Assembly: GCA_047967505.1 (NCBI GenBank)
Contig: CM106538.1
DNA: 64,000 bases
Reading direction: 5' to 3' (one strand)
From: Dipteris shenzhenensis
Lineage: Eukaryota
Position 1 is the first letter of the stretch; every line of letters begins with the position of its first letter. A program made the translations under genes and the position numbers. A model generated the notes under the pieces. The model saw only the letters and a program-made list of their open reading frames with translations. It had not been told where the DNA came from and did no database searches. Shown one piece after another: positions 38,451 to 51,792 of this stretch.

Positions 38451-40844
38451 GTGGTTCAATATGGTAGCATTGAAGTTTGAAAACCTTGTTGATGGTGCTC
38501 GTCTTGCTAAACACATGCTAGTACACATGAAGCGTGAACCATTGACCCATCGAGCTGACCACAACTTTGAGACACAGGCTCTGATGATAGTATTAGAGAT
38601 GAGAAAGCCTGCGAACATCATGAGCACAAAAGAGTGACCAAGAAACCCAAGATATCATCCATAGAATGTGGCCTTGCTAATGCTTGCTTGCTTGAAGATG
38701 GCACTAAGCCTCACTGCATCTATGTCATGGTGTTTGATGTACCAAATATTGCAACAACAGCCATGGACGAGAAGAATGTGGCCTCAATTAGCTATGGTGC
38801 CCCATATGACAAACGTCAACTCACACCATCGATGCCTATAGATACAATGCTTTGTGCATGACACCCTTGTTCTCATCAATTCCTGTCCAGCCATGGCCAT
38901 AGTGCTAGTTCAGGCACCGCTCGTAGAACCAGGTGCTGAGGACAAACCTATTGCCTTCATCAAAGATCAAATCGTGATCCTCTTGGCTAGATCATTTGTT
39001 ATTATTGTGATGTGCATGGCCACTGAAAGAGCGAGTGCAAGCTCTTCAAGAAACACTAGGTTGAGAGGGCCACGTTGCATGCTCACAATCCCATGCCTCT
39101 TTCTGCAACATGTCAAATACATAATGTATAGAGGTGAGCCAGAAAATGTAGTGTTGACACTAGTGCCACTGCCAATGTGGTGAGAAGTTGATGAAGATCA
39201 GCTTGGGTCCCACATTATTGTCTAGCTGATCAGAGAAAAGAACAATGACCCAAATAATCGACCACCCACTTTGGTGTCTATTCTAACCCCTTGAAGACCA
39301 TGGCTATGATGACGACCACCACAAGGGAGATCCCCAAGCTCAACAACCCCATCAAGGCACCCGATTTGGTGTCTATTCTAACCCCTTGAAGACCACAGCT
39401 ATGACGACCACCATAGGGGAAATCCACAAGCTCAACGACCCCATTAAGGCACTATTTAAGAGGGAGGCCCAGCAATGCCCTGTCATAGAGACGTCTGCCA
39501 CCACTGCCAGCAAGCACTTGAGGCCAGACACAGACCACACGAGACTCTCCATCACCATGCCTCCCACCCAATTGACCATTCAAGTCAAGTTTCCCATCTA
39601 ATGTTGAGGTGGCTCACCGCTATGCCTAGTACCTCACAGAGTACCTGGCAATTGACTAGACAGAGCGCCTTTGCAAGGAGCTAGCACAAGCCAATAATAA
39701 GCTATAGAAATAAGAACAAGAGATGGCACATCTGTGACAAGAGTAACTCACCAGGGTCTCCCAACTATCATAGGAGATGGAAAGCCTCAAGGGTGAAGAG
39801 CATGTTTACATGCTGGAGAGCCTCCACAGGCAACATGCAAAATAACAACTCAAGCCCTCCTCTAGGATACTCAACTCTGCACCACCTAGAACACGATTGA
39901 AGGAACAATACCATGGATGCCGACACACTGACAAAGCTGCAAAAACTCATCATGGTAGAGCAAACCCATCAATGGAGACAACACATTGAGCACCTCCAGC
40001 TCATCCTAGCACTTGGCTCAAACAGATGGCAACTTTCTACTAAGACAATCTGAGCTAGATGCAAATGAGGCCAGCACTTTCGCTTTCCAACCATAAGGAC
40101 AAATTACAATAACTAAGCGAGACGGCCAGTCTTGCACCTAGGACCAAGATACTATGCCTATCCCAAATGCTATTGGCTAGAAGCACAGGAAACCATGTCC
40201 CTTACAAAGGGAAAATCCCCCATGCCCATAGAGCCTCCATGGATAGATGCCCTCCTCCTAGTCATTGGATTAGATGAAGAAACAAAGTCCCCTCGACTTT
40301 GGCTCCTACAAGAACACATTATGGCCCTCCAATCACAATTGGGATGATGCTAAGGACCAACTTAGGGTAGCTAAGCTGCATTTCACTCTCAAGTCCAAGA
40401 GTTAGATAGAGAAAGAGTATGAGCTAAAGTAGTAGACCAAGATGTTTGCACAAAGTAGCATAATCATGTAGAAGAGAAGAGCACAGATGAGGGTCCAAGG
40501 ACACCTAAGCCGAAGAGACAACGGATGATGAGTCACCACCTCTGGTCCAACTAGCAAAGAAGACCCCTCCTCTCCCTCCACCATAGGAGTGAGCACAGTA
40601 GCTTCCTCCCTCCACGATGGTTCACATCAAGTAGAGAACATAGCAGCTGGAAACAATGGTTTGCATATTGCGAACAAACAACAACCACCTTCTACTCGAG
40701 AAATAGCAGCAAAGACTTCTTGGAAACAACAGTTGGTCTTCAACCAACAGATTGTTGACAATGGTTGCATCAGCATCTTATGCTTTGCCTAGTTAACAAT
40801 ACACACACAGATTTGAGAACCCCCATGGTATTTGACACTCTCCA

Positions 40845-43800
40845 TGTTAGATATCAATGCTCCACTCTCGTGTAACTACGTGGGAACCAGCTAACTCTAC
40901 TTGTAAGCCCCCCATATGAGGAGAAGGCATTTGAGTAGCTCGGTTATCCGGTAAGTCCTAGTTTAGACACCAGATGGGGGCCATATGTGGCCTGATGGCT
41001 GGATGGCTTCAGATAGATTTGGCACACCACCAACTAGGCTACATGTAAGTGCGGGAAGGCATCCCTTGACTGACCGCACTGAGGGTAGATGAAGCATTTC
41101 CCGAGGTAGCCCACTCTTGGGTTGCGGGGCCCGTTTGGAGCCTCAGATGATCTCGGATGGCTGTGGGCCGAACGGCGACCATAGGTCAGTTGCTCTGTTT
41201 TGCGCACCCGTTCTATCGTATGGTCGATGGCCTATTTCAGGACCGACTCCCAGTCAACTGTTTTGGGCAGACTGGGCCAGCCACCCAATTGAGCCTAACT
41301 GACTACGACTGGTGGCTATATAAGAGTAAGCCCGTGAAGCCCATTTCATCACTGGCTACAGCAACCCTAATTCCTTAGCATCCAGCCTCCGTCTTCTATT
41401 GTTTCCAGCATGCCATCGAAGCTTCTTTCACAGGAGCGCATGGTTGGGAGGCTACGCCATCTATTGTATCAGTTCTATAGTAATCAAAATTTTGATTCTC
41501 CATACTATCTTGTTTTCTCTGTTGCGTACGAGATCCTATTATTTGTTGAGCACAGACATTGTATTATTTTCTTACATGGTATCAGAGCCTGGACTCTAGC
41601 AAGAAGATTTGGTAGTGTGTTTCTATTTGCGAGCAGATTGTGAGAGATGGCCCAGCCCGCAAGACTGCAAATCCCACCATTCGGCGAAAGTAATCAAAAT
41701 TTTGATTCTCCATACTGAGCACAGACATTGTATTATTTTCTTACATGGTATCAAAGCCTGGACTCTAGCAAGAAGATTTGGTAGTGTGTTTCTATTTGCG
41801 AGCAGATTGTGAGAGATGGCCCAGCCTGCAAGACTGCGAATCCCACCATTCGGCGAAAGTGGAAAGTTGGACGGCTTTAACTATCCTCTTTGGAAGTTCA
41901 AGATGAAGACCATCCTAAGCGCATAGAGCTTTGGGACACTGTACTCGGGTGGACGTGAGGCCGGTTGCGAGACTGGGATCCAGCCAATGCAGGACAACAG
42001 ATAGTACCAACTGTGGATGAGATTCTCAAGTGGACAAGAAGAAATGCAGATGCACTGTGTTCTATTGTCTGCAATGTTAGTGATTCCGTCATGGCGTTAA
42101 TTCAACATGTCACCACAACGGAGAAGGCATGGACGGTCTTAAAAAATCAGTACGAGACCACGAATCAGACACGGATTTAGAATCTGGAGACTCAACTCGC
42201 GAATGAGAAGTTGTCTGAGTGTGAAGCGGTAGAGAAGTTTATCACCAGGGTGAAGAATCTGCGCGATCAGATGACTGCGATTGGCATCACCATCACCAGT
42301 GAGAATCTAGCACGAAGGTGCATATCGATTCTCCCACCAAAGTACGACGGTCTTGTTACGGCGCTGAATACGTAGAACAAAAATTCGCCCCTCAACTTTG
42401 AGAATTTTAGTGCGATGCTTCTGGAGGAGGAGATGCGTCAAAAGATGAGGACTGGAGAAGATTCGGCTTTCTGGACCGGATCAAAGAAAGGTAAGGGTAA
42501 GGACTCTGGTAACCCATCTTCTTCTGATGATAAAAAGAGAAAGAAGAAGATCAAGTGCTTCTATTGCAACAAGGTAGGGCACAAGCAGAATGAGTGCCTA
42601 AAGAAGATTGCAGATGAGAAGAACGGAGTAAAGAAAGAGTCTAGCAACAGCACGCAGGCAGTACCGGTAGAGTTGTTCATCGCAATTAAGGAGATTTGCA
42701 CGGAGGCAGTTCATATACCTGCGGATGAACCGTGGATCATTGATAATGGTGCATCGCAAACACATGACCAGTCGGAAGGATTGGTATACCTCTCTACAAT
42801 CGGTAGTGAATGACATCATGGTAGCAGTCGGCAATGATGCAAAATGTCCAGCAAAAGGAAAAGGTATGATTGCTCTCAAGTTAGATGGAGTTGTAAAACA
42901 GTTGTCTCATGTTCTTTATATGCTAGATATCAAGAGGAACTTGTTGTCCATTTCTGCGATCATAGATCGGGACCTCGAAGTTCAATTTGATAAGAATGGT
43001 GCACAGATTCTCGATCTTCAAGGGAAGGTCATTGGTAAAGGTACACAGTGAAACAACATTTACGAACTCTCAGCTTTCAGTGCTCGAGCGGATGTGAAGA
43101 ACATTAAGCTGTGGCATGAGAGGTTTGGTCATCTAAACCTTAGTTCTTTGAAGGAGATGTATAAAAGTGGAATGATTGCAGACCTACCAGAAATTTCAAA
43201 TCTGCTCGATGTATGTGAAGCTTGCATGATGGGCAAGCAGCATCGGCAGCCCTTTCCTAAAGAGGCCAACAGGGCAAAGGCTCCTCTAGAGCTCGTTCAC
43301 ACGGACCTCTACAGAAAGATGGAGATGGAAGCTTTGGGTGATTCCTTCTACTTCATGACGCTGATCGACGACTACAGTAGAAGGATATGGATATACTTCC
43401 TGAAGACGAAAGATGAGGCTTTTAGTAGGTTCAAGGAATGGCATGTAATGGTCAAGAAAGAATCGGGGAGGAAGGGGAAGAAGCTGAGATCAGACAGAGG
43501 TGGAGAGTTCACATCGACTGAATTCGAAAGTTACTGCAAAAGTCATGGTATCAAGAGGCAGAAACCCCTGCCACATACATCACAGCAAAATGGAGTAGCA
43601 GAACGCAAGATGCATGTCATCTGCGAAATGGGCCAGAGTATGATGAAAGGGAAAGATTTGCCAAAGACTTTCTGGGGTGAAGCATGTAACACTGCAGTTT
43701 ACATTCTCAATCGTAGCTACACGAAGGCTGTGAACGGGATGACTCCATTGCAGGCCTTTTCTGGTAAGAAACCTTCAGCTGCACATTTAGAGCTTTTGGA

Positions 43801-46504
43801 TGTGACTGTTTTGTGCACGTCCCTGATGCTACTAGGACAAAATGGGAACCGAAGAGCCGGAAGTGTATTTTCTTGGGCTACAGTGAAGAGGAGAAGGGTT
43901 ACCGTCTCTATAACCCTGTTACCAAGAAGGTAATTGTAAGTCGCGATGTGGTCTTCTCAGAACAGCCGCATCAATTGGAGGAGGATGCTTCCTTCCCAGA
44001 CAACCAAGACTAGGATATCCATCCAGTACCGCCACCAACAGCAGACTGAACTCCCCCAACGGTGCTTGGGAGGATTCAAGACAAAGAAGATGAAGAAGAG
44101 CCTACAGAACCACAATGGCAACGGCCATTCCTGAAGTGGGTAAAGTAGCTTTTGGACGGCAAAGAACCTCCAACCATTGAGGAGGAACCATCTGAGCACC
44201 GCCAGTCCAAGAGATTAGAGGAGCAAAGAAGGGCGCAGGAACACTTGGTCAACTATGCTTTGATGACAGAAGTGATCTGTGCTGATGAACCCAAGTGTCT
44301 TGAAGAGGCACAGGGCGATGATAGGTGGATGGAGGCTATGCAGTCGGAGTATGGCTCCATAATGAAGAACAACACTTGGGACCTTGTGGATCGACCACCA
44401 AAACGCAAGGTAATCGGAACCAAGTGGGTGTACAAGACCAAGTACAAGTCCACCAATGGCACAAAGGAATTGCACAGGTACATGGTTTTGATTATCAAGA
44501 TACTTTTGCTCCCACAGCTCGACTAACCACAATTCGCAGTGTTTTGGCTTTAGCTGCCCAGGGAAGTTGGCTCGTGTTTCAGATGGATGTGAAATCCGCC
44601 TTTCTGAATGGAGATCTCAAGGAGGAGGTATACGTGGAACAACCACCAGGTTTTGAGATCCCTGGTTCAGAAGGTAAAGTTTGCAAACTGAAGAAGGCAC
44701 TTACGGGTTGAAGCAGGCCCCACGAGCGTGGTACCAGTGAATTGATGCCTACTTTCTGCAAAACTGGTTCAGGAGGAGCCCATCTGATGCAAATTTGTAT
44801 ATCTTTAGAGAAGGAGGCAGGTGTATGATCCTGGTCCTTTATGTGGACGACCTTGTCATAACAGGGAACCACGAAGAGGAGATCTCGCAGACGAAGCATT
44901 TTCTAGGAAGAGAGTTTGAAATGACAGACCTCGGATTGATGCATTTTTGTTTGGGGATTGAAGTTTGGCAGGAGCTGAAACAGATCTTCATTTCACAGCT
45001 GCAGTATGCTGGAGAGATACTGAAGGCATTTGGCATGGCTGAGTGCAAGACAGTTGGTACCCCTATGGAGGTTGACGCGAAGCTCTCAAACGATGATTCA
45101 TCACCACTGGTGGACGAAGCGAAGTACAGAAGGCTTATGGGCAGCTTGATCTACCTGTGCAACACACGGCCGGACATCAGCTTTGCGACTTGTGTACTTA
45201 GCAGGTTTTCCAATAAGCCCTGGGAGAACCATTGGAGGGCAGGGATGTAGTGCTGAAATACATCAAAGGCACACTTGATTATGGCATCACCTATACCAAG
45301 GGCAACATCTTGACTGAATTCTGTGACTCGGATTGGGTAGGAGAGGTGGACAACAGGAGATCAGTGACAGGGTACTGTTTCTCACTTGGATCATGAGTTG
45401 TGTCATGGGTCAGCAAGAAGCAACCCACAGTTGCTCTTTCTTCTACCGAGGCCGAGTACAAATCTACATGCTTTGCTTCTTGCGAGGCAGTGTGGTTGAG
45501 GAGGATTTTGGGGGACATTGGTACAGTGTAGAACAAGCGTACGCAGTTATCATGTGACAATCAGAGTTGCATGGTGATTGCAAAGAACCTGGTGTTCCAC
45601 GCTCGCACAAAACACATTGAGATTCAATATCACTTTGTACGTGAGCTCATCATGGATTGAGAGGTCAACTTGGTGTCTATAGAGAATGCTGCGAACATCT
45701 TCACGAAGGCTCTTGGAAGAGACTTGCTGGAGAGGCATCTTCATCGACTTGGCATTGGGCCAAAAAAGTAAGTTCACTTGCAGGTGGACATTGAAGGGGG
45801 GTGTTAGATATCAATGCTCCACTCTCGTGTAACTACGCAGGAACCAGCTAACTCTACTTGTAAGCCCCCCATATGAGAAGAAGGCATTTGAGTAGCTCGG
45901 TTATCCGGTAGGTCCTAGTTTAGACACCAGATGGGGGCCATGTGTGGCTTGATGGCTGGACGGCTTTAGATAGAGTTGGCACACCGCCAACTAGGCTACA
46001 TGCAAGTGCGAGAAGGCATCCCTTGACTGACCGCACTGAGGGTAGACGGAGTGTTTCCCGGGGTAGCCCACTCTCGAGTTGCAAGGCCCGTTTGGACACT
46101 CTGATTATCCCGGATGGTTGCTCTGTTTTGCACACTGGTTCTATCATATGGTCGGTGGCCTATTTTGAGACCGACCCCCAGTCGACCGTTTTGGGTGGAC
46201 TGGGTCGGCCACCCAATTGATCCTGACTGACTATGACTGGTGGCTATATAAGAGCAAGCCCGTGAAGACCATTTCATCACTGGCTACAGCAACCCTGATT
46301 CCTTAGCATCCAGCCTCTGTCTTCTACTGTTTCCAGCACGCCATCGAAGCTTCTTTCACAGGAGCGCACGGTTGGGAGGCAGCACCATCTATTGTATCAG
46401 TTCTATAGTAATCAAATTTTTGATTCTCCATACTATCTTGTTTTCTCTCTTGCATATGAGGTCCTGTTATCTGTTGAGCACAGACGTTGTATTATTTTCT
46501 TACA
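40845..46504 (+). mobile_element. Full-length degenerate Ty1/copia element with LTRs at 40845-41576 and 45802-46504
   Basis: TG...CA LTRs, TSD CTCCA (40840-40844, 46505-46509), PBS 41577-41588, PPT gaagggggg before 45802. gag CFYCNKVGHKQNEC, protease WIIDNGAS, integrase LRSDRGGEF, RT LYVDDL, RNase H CDNQS. Confidence 0.97.
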
Positions 46505-48450
46505 CTCCATATTTTTGTAGATACATGCATGCAATCGGGCTACTCCACCTTTTCCACTGGTAGCGTCAAGTCATCCTATAGTTGTGTCTCACCAACTGGC
46601 ACCTCCACTGCCTGGTCAGCAACTTGCTGCACCGGTGGCCCAACCAACCAACAGTGATGAGTCGAAGATTGCCAGAAACACCTAGTCTTTTATGCCGCAG
46701 GGGCGGAGTTCCTCCAATTGCAAGTAGTTGGTACCATTCGCCCTCTCCAAATCCAGAAGCTTCGTCTTTCATCTTTGGATGGCGGACTGACTACTACTAA
46801 AGGCCCCCATGGACTGCTCAACACATTCTAGAACAATGCAATGGAGCTTCCCAGGATGTGCAATCTAGAAGCAGCCTTATCCGATTGGCTTTACCATGAT
46901 ATGCAACTCAAAGGAGGCATCTTCCAAGTCATTACGTCTCCTTCAATAAACATCCTCTATGTCATTATTTGGGTTCTTAGCCTTGGCTATTCCATAAACT
47001 GATGTAATTTATTTTTCTATCAATCTTTTTCTTAATATAGATTTAGCTCCCCTTCAAGGTATCTGATTTCTCGTTAGGCCTTGTGGATTCTTGGTCTTTT
47101 AATCATTCCCTTGGGGTGCCAAGTGTTAACCAGGCCGACCACCCAAATTGGGGTAGGAATTTCGATAACACGAGAGGTCTGACAATCAGAGTCACATGAA
47201 CCGAACCCACCTATGACAAGCCTTTAAGGCACATTCAAGAGGGCAGCCACTCCCTGTTCAATGCAACGGCAACCTTGGGTAATGCGGCAACACCTGCGTG
47301 GCCCTAGGTACCTATTGTATGCATACAACAGTTAGTTTAGACTGCACAACACCTTACGATGACTATTGGTGAGAAGTACAATTTATAAGGGGTACCTTAA
47401 AAGGATAAAAAGCTGCACTTTTCAATAAAAGTCTAGCTATGCGCACATTCATTTGATTTAGTTCCCTTTGAAAAATACTTCAAAGTATTATACACGAGGA
47501 GCCTCTCTTGAAATATATCAATTTATGTGTGTATAGTAAAGCCAATGATACAAAAAAATATAGCTTTCTCATGTAAATAATTTACTATTTAAGTTTTCAT
47601 GCTCTTATTATTTTTAAAATTTAATGCTCAAGCAATACCACTAGATGAATATAGGAGCTTCCACTCCAACATGCTCAAAAAATATGTGTTTCTTCTAACA
47701 TCTTGCAATCCTAATTGACTAGAGCTTGCTAGGAATCTTGCCCACAAGAAGAAGAAGAATATTATTCTTCCTCGCCATAACCAACATATATTCCTTGCCA
47801 TACCCAACATAGGATTATTCCTCGCCATGCCCAACTTTTACTGAGAAATGACGAGGAACTTAGCAAGATTTTGCCAATGTCATCATTGCAAATGTGGGAG
47901 TATTACCGAATATTCATTCAATTGTTATTACGCTAGAATTCTAGATAGGCCAAAGGGAAAGCTGGAGGTGCCTCCCAAAAATGTTAAGCTCAGTTTATGC
48001 TTGGTATGAGTGGCTTTGATATGCCTTTTAACATCCTATGCTTTTCAAAGGTTCAATTTTCTGGGTTATATCAACGATCAATTGAATTGTAACTTTTATG
48101 TTGATAAATTTTTTTTGGCAAAAAAATTGAAAGGCAAGAATGAACAGTCAAGCGTTCTTTATAATGCTTCTTCATGAATTAATTGATGCCATCGGCCTTG
48201 AAGATTTCCATATTATTTCCAAATGTTCCCATTACTTTAAGGCTCTGAGACTATCTTTTCCTAGGGGAGGATCTACTGGTGAGGAATGTTTACTTAACTA
48301 ACTGCTCCATGATTGTGGTGAGATGTTGAACAAGATAAGTGTAATTGTGATTTGCATCTGGGGGTTATGGTTGCATAATAAAGGCAGGATTTGATTACAA
48401 AATTTGATTAAAAGCATATAAAATGTCGAGATTCGTAAAATACCCGATCT

Positions 48451-48502
<52 letters not shown>

Positions 48503-48885
48503 TGCATGTAATGCTAGGGGAAGTGTTTTTCCTAATTAAGAGATAATTGAGATCCAATGTGGAAATTCCCTTAAAATTGTAGAGGAAGAGGAGGGACATA
48601 AAAAGGGCGAGGCAGATAGATGGCGTATGTGTGGACATGAACACTCACACGCGCGCGCGCGCACGCACACAAGGGGAGAGGACTGAGTTGCGTGCAAGGG
48701 GAGACGACTCGTACTCTGTCCGAAAGGCTTGACTGACCTTGACTTATATGAGATCTACACTGCAAAGTGCAGACGACGCTTTAATGATGAGAGGAAGAAG
48801 GAAAGCAAGGCCATTCGATAAATCTGTTAACTTTAAAGTGCATCAAACAAAATGAGATTCATTGATTGATCGAAAGTGACAGACG

Positions 48886-51792
48886 ATGCGGCTCTTGAAG
48901 AAGACGACCACTATCAATTTCCAAGTTCTTCATTTCTTCTCCTCATCAGCTCATCTCTCCTGCACCATGCATCGTCCACACCTCGCCTCTTCCTGTTCTT
49001 TCTTCTTCTTCTTCTTCTTCTTCTTCCTCCCTTGCACTTCTGCTCGTGCCTCCTTTGTCCGCCGCCTCCACCACCCCTACTCCAATTGCACCTCTCAATT
49101 GCACACACATTGCCCATCCCTCTCTGCCCATCTTCCCCTTCCTCCCTCTTCCACTCTTCTCTCGCTTGCTCACAGGAAAACCTTCGCATCTTCCATTTAT
49201 TCGGAGCTTTCTTTCGCATCCGGAAAGTGGCACCAACCATCCCTGCCCGCTCCATCCGTAGCCTCAGACACTCAGTACCATAGCACCAACGTTGCTTCGC
49301 TTTCCATTAGGGATGTCCAGCTGCCTGAGATATCTGATGGCAAGACTGCCAACGTCTCCGCTCTGCTGAACTTATTCCTCCCTTCCGACAATGCCATCGG
49401 TTCACTCCCTGTCATGATGCAGGGCATTTACAGAGAACAACCGAACGGGGAACGAGTTCTCTGCATGCTCGGGTCTCTGTGGGTCGCGAATATATCTCGT
49501 CCCTGGGATAGGCTGGGATTGCAGGACGTATTGATCACGGGGAGCGGCTCCTCACTTTCGCCACTCGAACATTGCAATCTGAAGGCCGAGATTTACTACC
49601 CTACGCGTCCATCCCTCACTTCAGTACGGGAGGTTCGAGGTCGATTAACGAGCTTGAGTGCTCCTTCAGCTTCAGGTTATTTTAACGCAGTTGATCTCCA
49701 TTCGCAGCTGGAGTCTTACGCGGGCTATCAATTCTCCTCCGAAGAGCTGGTCGCCGCGGCCCGCAACAATTCTCAGCGACCGGAAGGGGTTTTCTGTCGC
49801 GCTGCAGATGCTTATAATGCACGCCAAGGAGGTAGCTTCTGCAGTATGTTATCATGGGCATCCTCTCGAGTGATGCCCACCAGGATCGGTCCACTTGGTA
49901 GGGATGCACACGCGAATAGCGAGCTCTCTGCGATCTGGCGGGTTGCTATCGAGAAAGTTGAATGTAGATACATCGCTGACGGAATCCACAACCGGAGCGC
50001 GAACGTGAGTGCTAGTTTTGGACTGGATGGCCTCACAATCGTAGCAGAGGGAAAGTGGAACGATTCCTCTGGCGTGCTTTGCATGATTGGGTGCAGGAAT
50101 GACCATTATCCGATCACAGAGCGCAACAAGGAGGAATTCTGCGACTGTCGGATCTGCATGTACACACACTCTACTTTCTCCCTCAAGCAAAGGAGCATCC
50201 TGACAGGTAGCATCTCTAAGGTTCGAAACAGTTCCGCCTCGTTCTATCCTATTTATTTCCACTCTTCTCCGGATCAACGTCTGCCCAATTTTTGGTCCAA
50301 CGTGACCTATCGCTACAGCAAGATTGCCGCTGTGAAAGCTTTTCGTGAGAGGGATGAATCGATCGGCACTCTAGAAGAGAAACTCAAGACGTCCCTGTTC
50401 AAATACCCGCCTTCGAAGTCGCTTCATGGCGTCACTAGCAACACCCCGGTGGAAGAAATGATATTGACGCCAAGAGAGCAAGCAGATCCGTCCTGGTATT
50501 CTACTTGGACTCGAAGTCGTCTCCGGACGAAGACAAAGGTCCAATATACCGGTAAGTGGCAGCTGATTGCAATTGAAGAGCATGTCCGGATGGAAAGATT
50601 GGAGGACGTTGACGATAGGCAATTGGAGGAGAGCAGCGCCAGTGTGAAAGTTGCAGCCCAACTGGATCTCCATGACGCAGCTGATGAGCCAAGAGAAGGT
50701 AGCCAGACGTTTTTTGTGGAGGGACAATATGTCCCGAAACTGGGAACGATGTACTTGGTTGGGTGCAGGGAGGTACAGGAGCCATGGGAGAGCAGCAGGG
50801 AAGACCTAAGCAGCTTAGAAGAAGGGCTCGATTGCAACTTGAAGATGAAGGTGCAGTATTCCCCCATCAATGCTCCATGGTCCATCTTTCCAACTCAGAA
50901 GTTTATTGTCACCAGCACACGCACTGTAGGCGATCCCTTCTTCTTCTCAGAGATTAAGCTGGAGATAAAGCAGGAGCTCTACATGAAACACACAAAAATG
51001 AAGGACTTGGTGCTTGGCTTGATTTTTCAGACTTTGATAGTGGGCTGTATAACTTCTCAGGTGCTGTATATGAGGAGCCAAACAGACTTCATACCTTATA
51101 TTTCGCTGCTGATGCTAACTGTGCAAGCAGTGGGATACACCATTGAATTGCTGAAAGGGTTGTCTTTTATAGGTGTGTACGTTTTCACTTATAATAGATC
51201 ATTTGATCTCCTGGGGTTTGGGGTGGCGAAGCTGCTCTATGTCGCAGCATTGCTTCTCACTGTGGAAATGGCAAAGACAGTTTACTTGGCAAGGATAAAA
51301 CTGAGAACAAGGAGAACTGTGGAGGGCTGGCGATTACCTGCTGTTGACGCCTTGTGCTTCGTTACACTCATCGTCATAACGGAAATCAGCAAATGGACTT
51401 CATATGTTCAGCCGACGTTTGATGTAACTCACCTTCAACAATATGGGCAACCCAATATCTTCCAATATACCAGATTAATGCAAGCCCTCTTCCTGCTTCC
51501 TCAAATTGTACACAAGGGCATGTGGAAACCACAAGGAATGAGGAAGCCGTTATGCAAACTCTTCTACATTGGGATCACATTCTTGAGGATGATTCCTTAT
51601 GCCTATGAGGGCAGGCATTTGTTTTTCTTTGATCCTTACTATGCAGGCTTTGATTTGTACAAGGAGGTGACACACATCACGATAGCTGCGGTTGCTGCGG
51701 TGGTTGCCATTGTGGTGTACATTCAGCAAAGTGGTCTGAGAAAGCCTTCCAACGTCTTCAACCTGGCCCCTGACAGCCACGGGGAAGAATGA
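48886..51792 (+). CDS. DUF2921-family membrane protein (large lumenal N-region, C-terminal multi-TM), single exon; real start may be Met at 48967
   Basis: 968-aa ORF with family motifs GERVLCMLG, AEGKWNDSSGVLCMIGC, GTMYLVGCR, GLDC, PYISLLMLTVQAVGY, FLLPQI, FYIGITFLR, VYIQQ. Signal-peptide-like MHRPHLASSCSF9LPCTSA. Confidence 0.9.
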   Translation: MRLLKKTTTINFQVLHFFSSSAHLSCTMHRPHLASSCSFFFFFFFFFLPCTSARASFVRRLHHPYSNCTSQLHTHCPSLSAHLPLPPSSTLLSLAHRKTFASSIYSELSFASGKWHQPSLPAPSVASDTQYHSTNVASLSIRDVQLPEISDGKTANVSALLNLFLPSDNAIGSLPVMMQGIYREQPNGERVLCMLGSLWVANISRPWDRLGLQDVLITGSGSSLSPLEHCNLKAEIYYPTRPSLTSVREVRGRLTSLSAPSASGYFNAVDLHSQLESYAGYQFSSEELVAAARNNSQRPEGVFCRAADAYNARQGGSFCSMLSWASSRVMPTRIGPLGRDAHANSELSAIWRVAIEKVECRYIADGIHNRSANVSASFGLDGLTIVAEGKWNDSSGVLCMIGCRNDHYPITERNKEEFCDCRICMYTHSTFSLKQRSILTGSISKVRNSSASFYPIYFHSSPDQRLPNFWSNVTYRYSKIAAVKAFRERDESIGTLEEKLKTSLFKYPPSKSLHGVTSNTPVEEMILTPREQADPSWYSTWTRSRLRTKTKVQYTGKWQLIAIEEHVRMERLEDVDDRQLEESSASVKVAAQLDLHDAADEPREGSQTFFVEGQYVPKLGTMYLVGCREVQEPWESSREDLSSLEEGLDCNLKMKVQYSPINAPWSIFPTQKFIVTSTRTVGDPFFFSEIKLEIKQELYMKHTKMKDLVLGLIFQTLIVGCITSQVLYMRSQTDFIPYISLLMLTVQAVGYTIELLKGLSFIGVYVFTYNRSFDLLGFGVAKLLYVAALLLTVEMAKTVYLARIKLRTRRTVEGWRLPAVDALCFVTLIVITEISKWTSYVQPTFDVTHLQQYGQPNIFQYTRLMQALFLLPQIVHKGMWKPQGMRKPLCKLFYIGITFLRMIPYAYEGRHLFFFDPYYAGFDLYKEVTHITIAAVAAVVAIVVYIQQSGLRKPSNVFNLAPDSHGEE

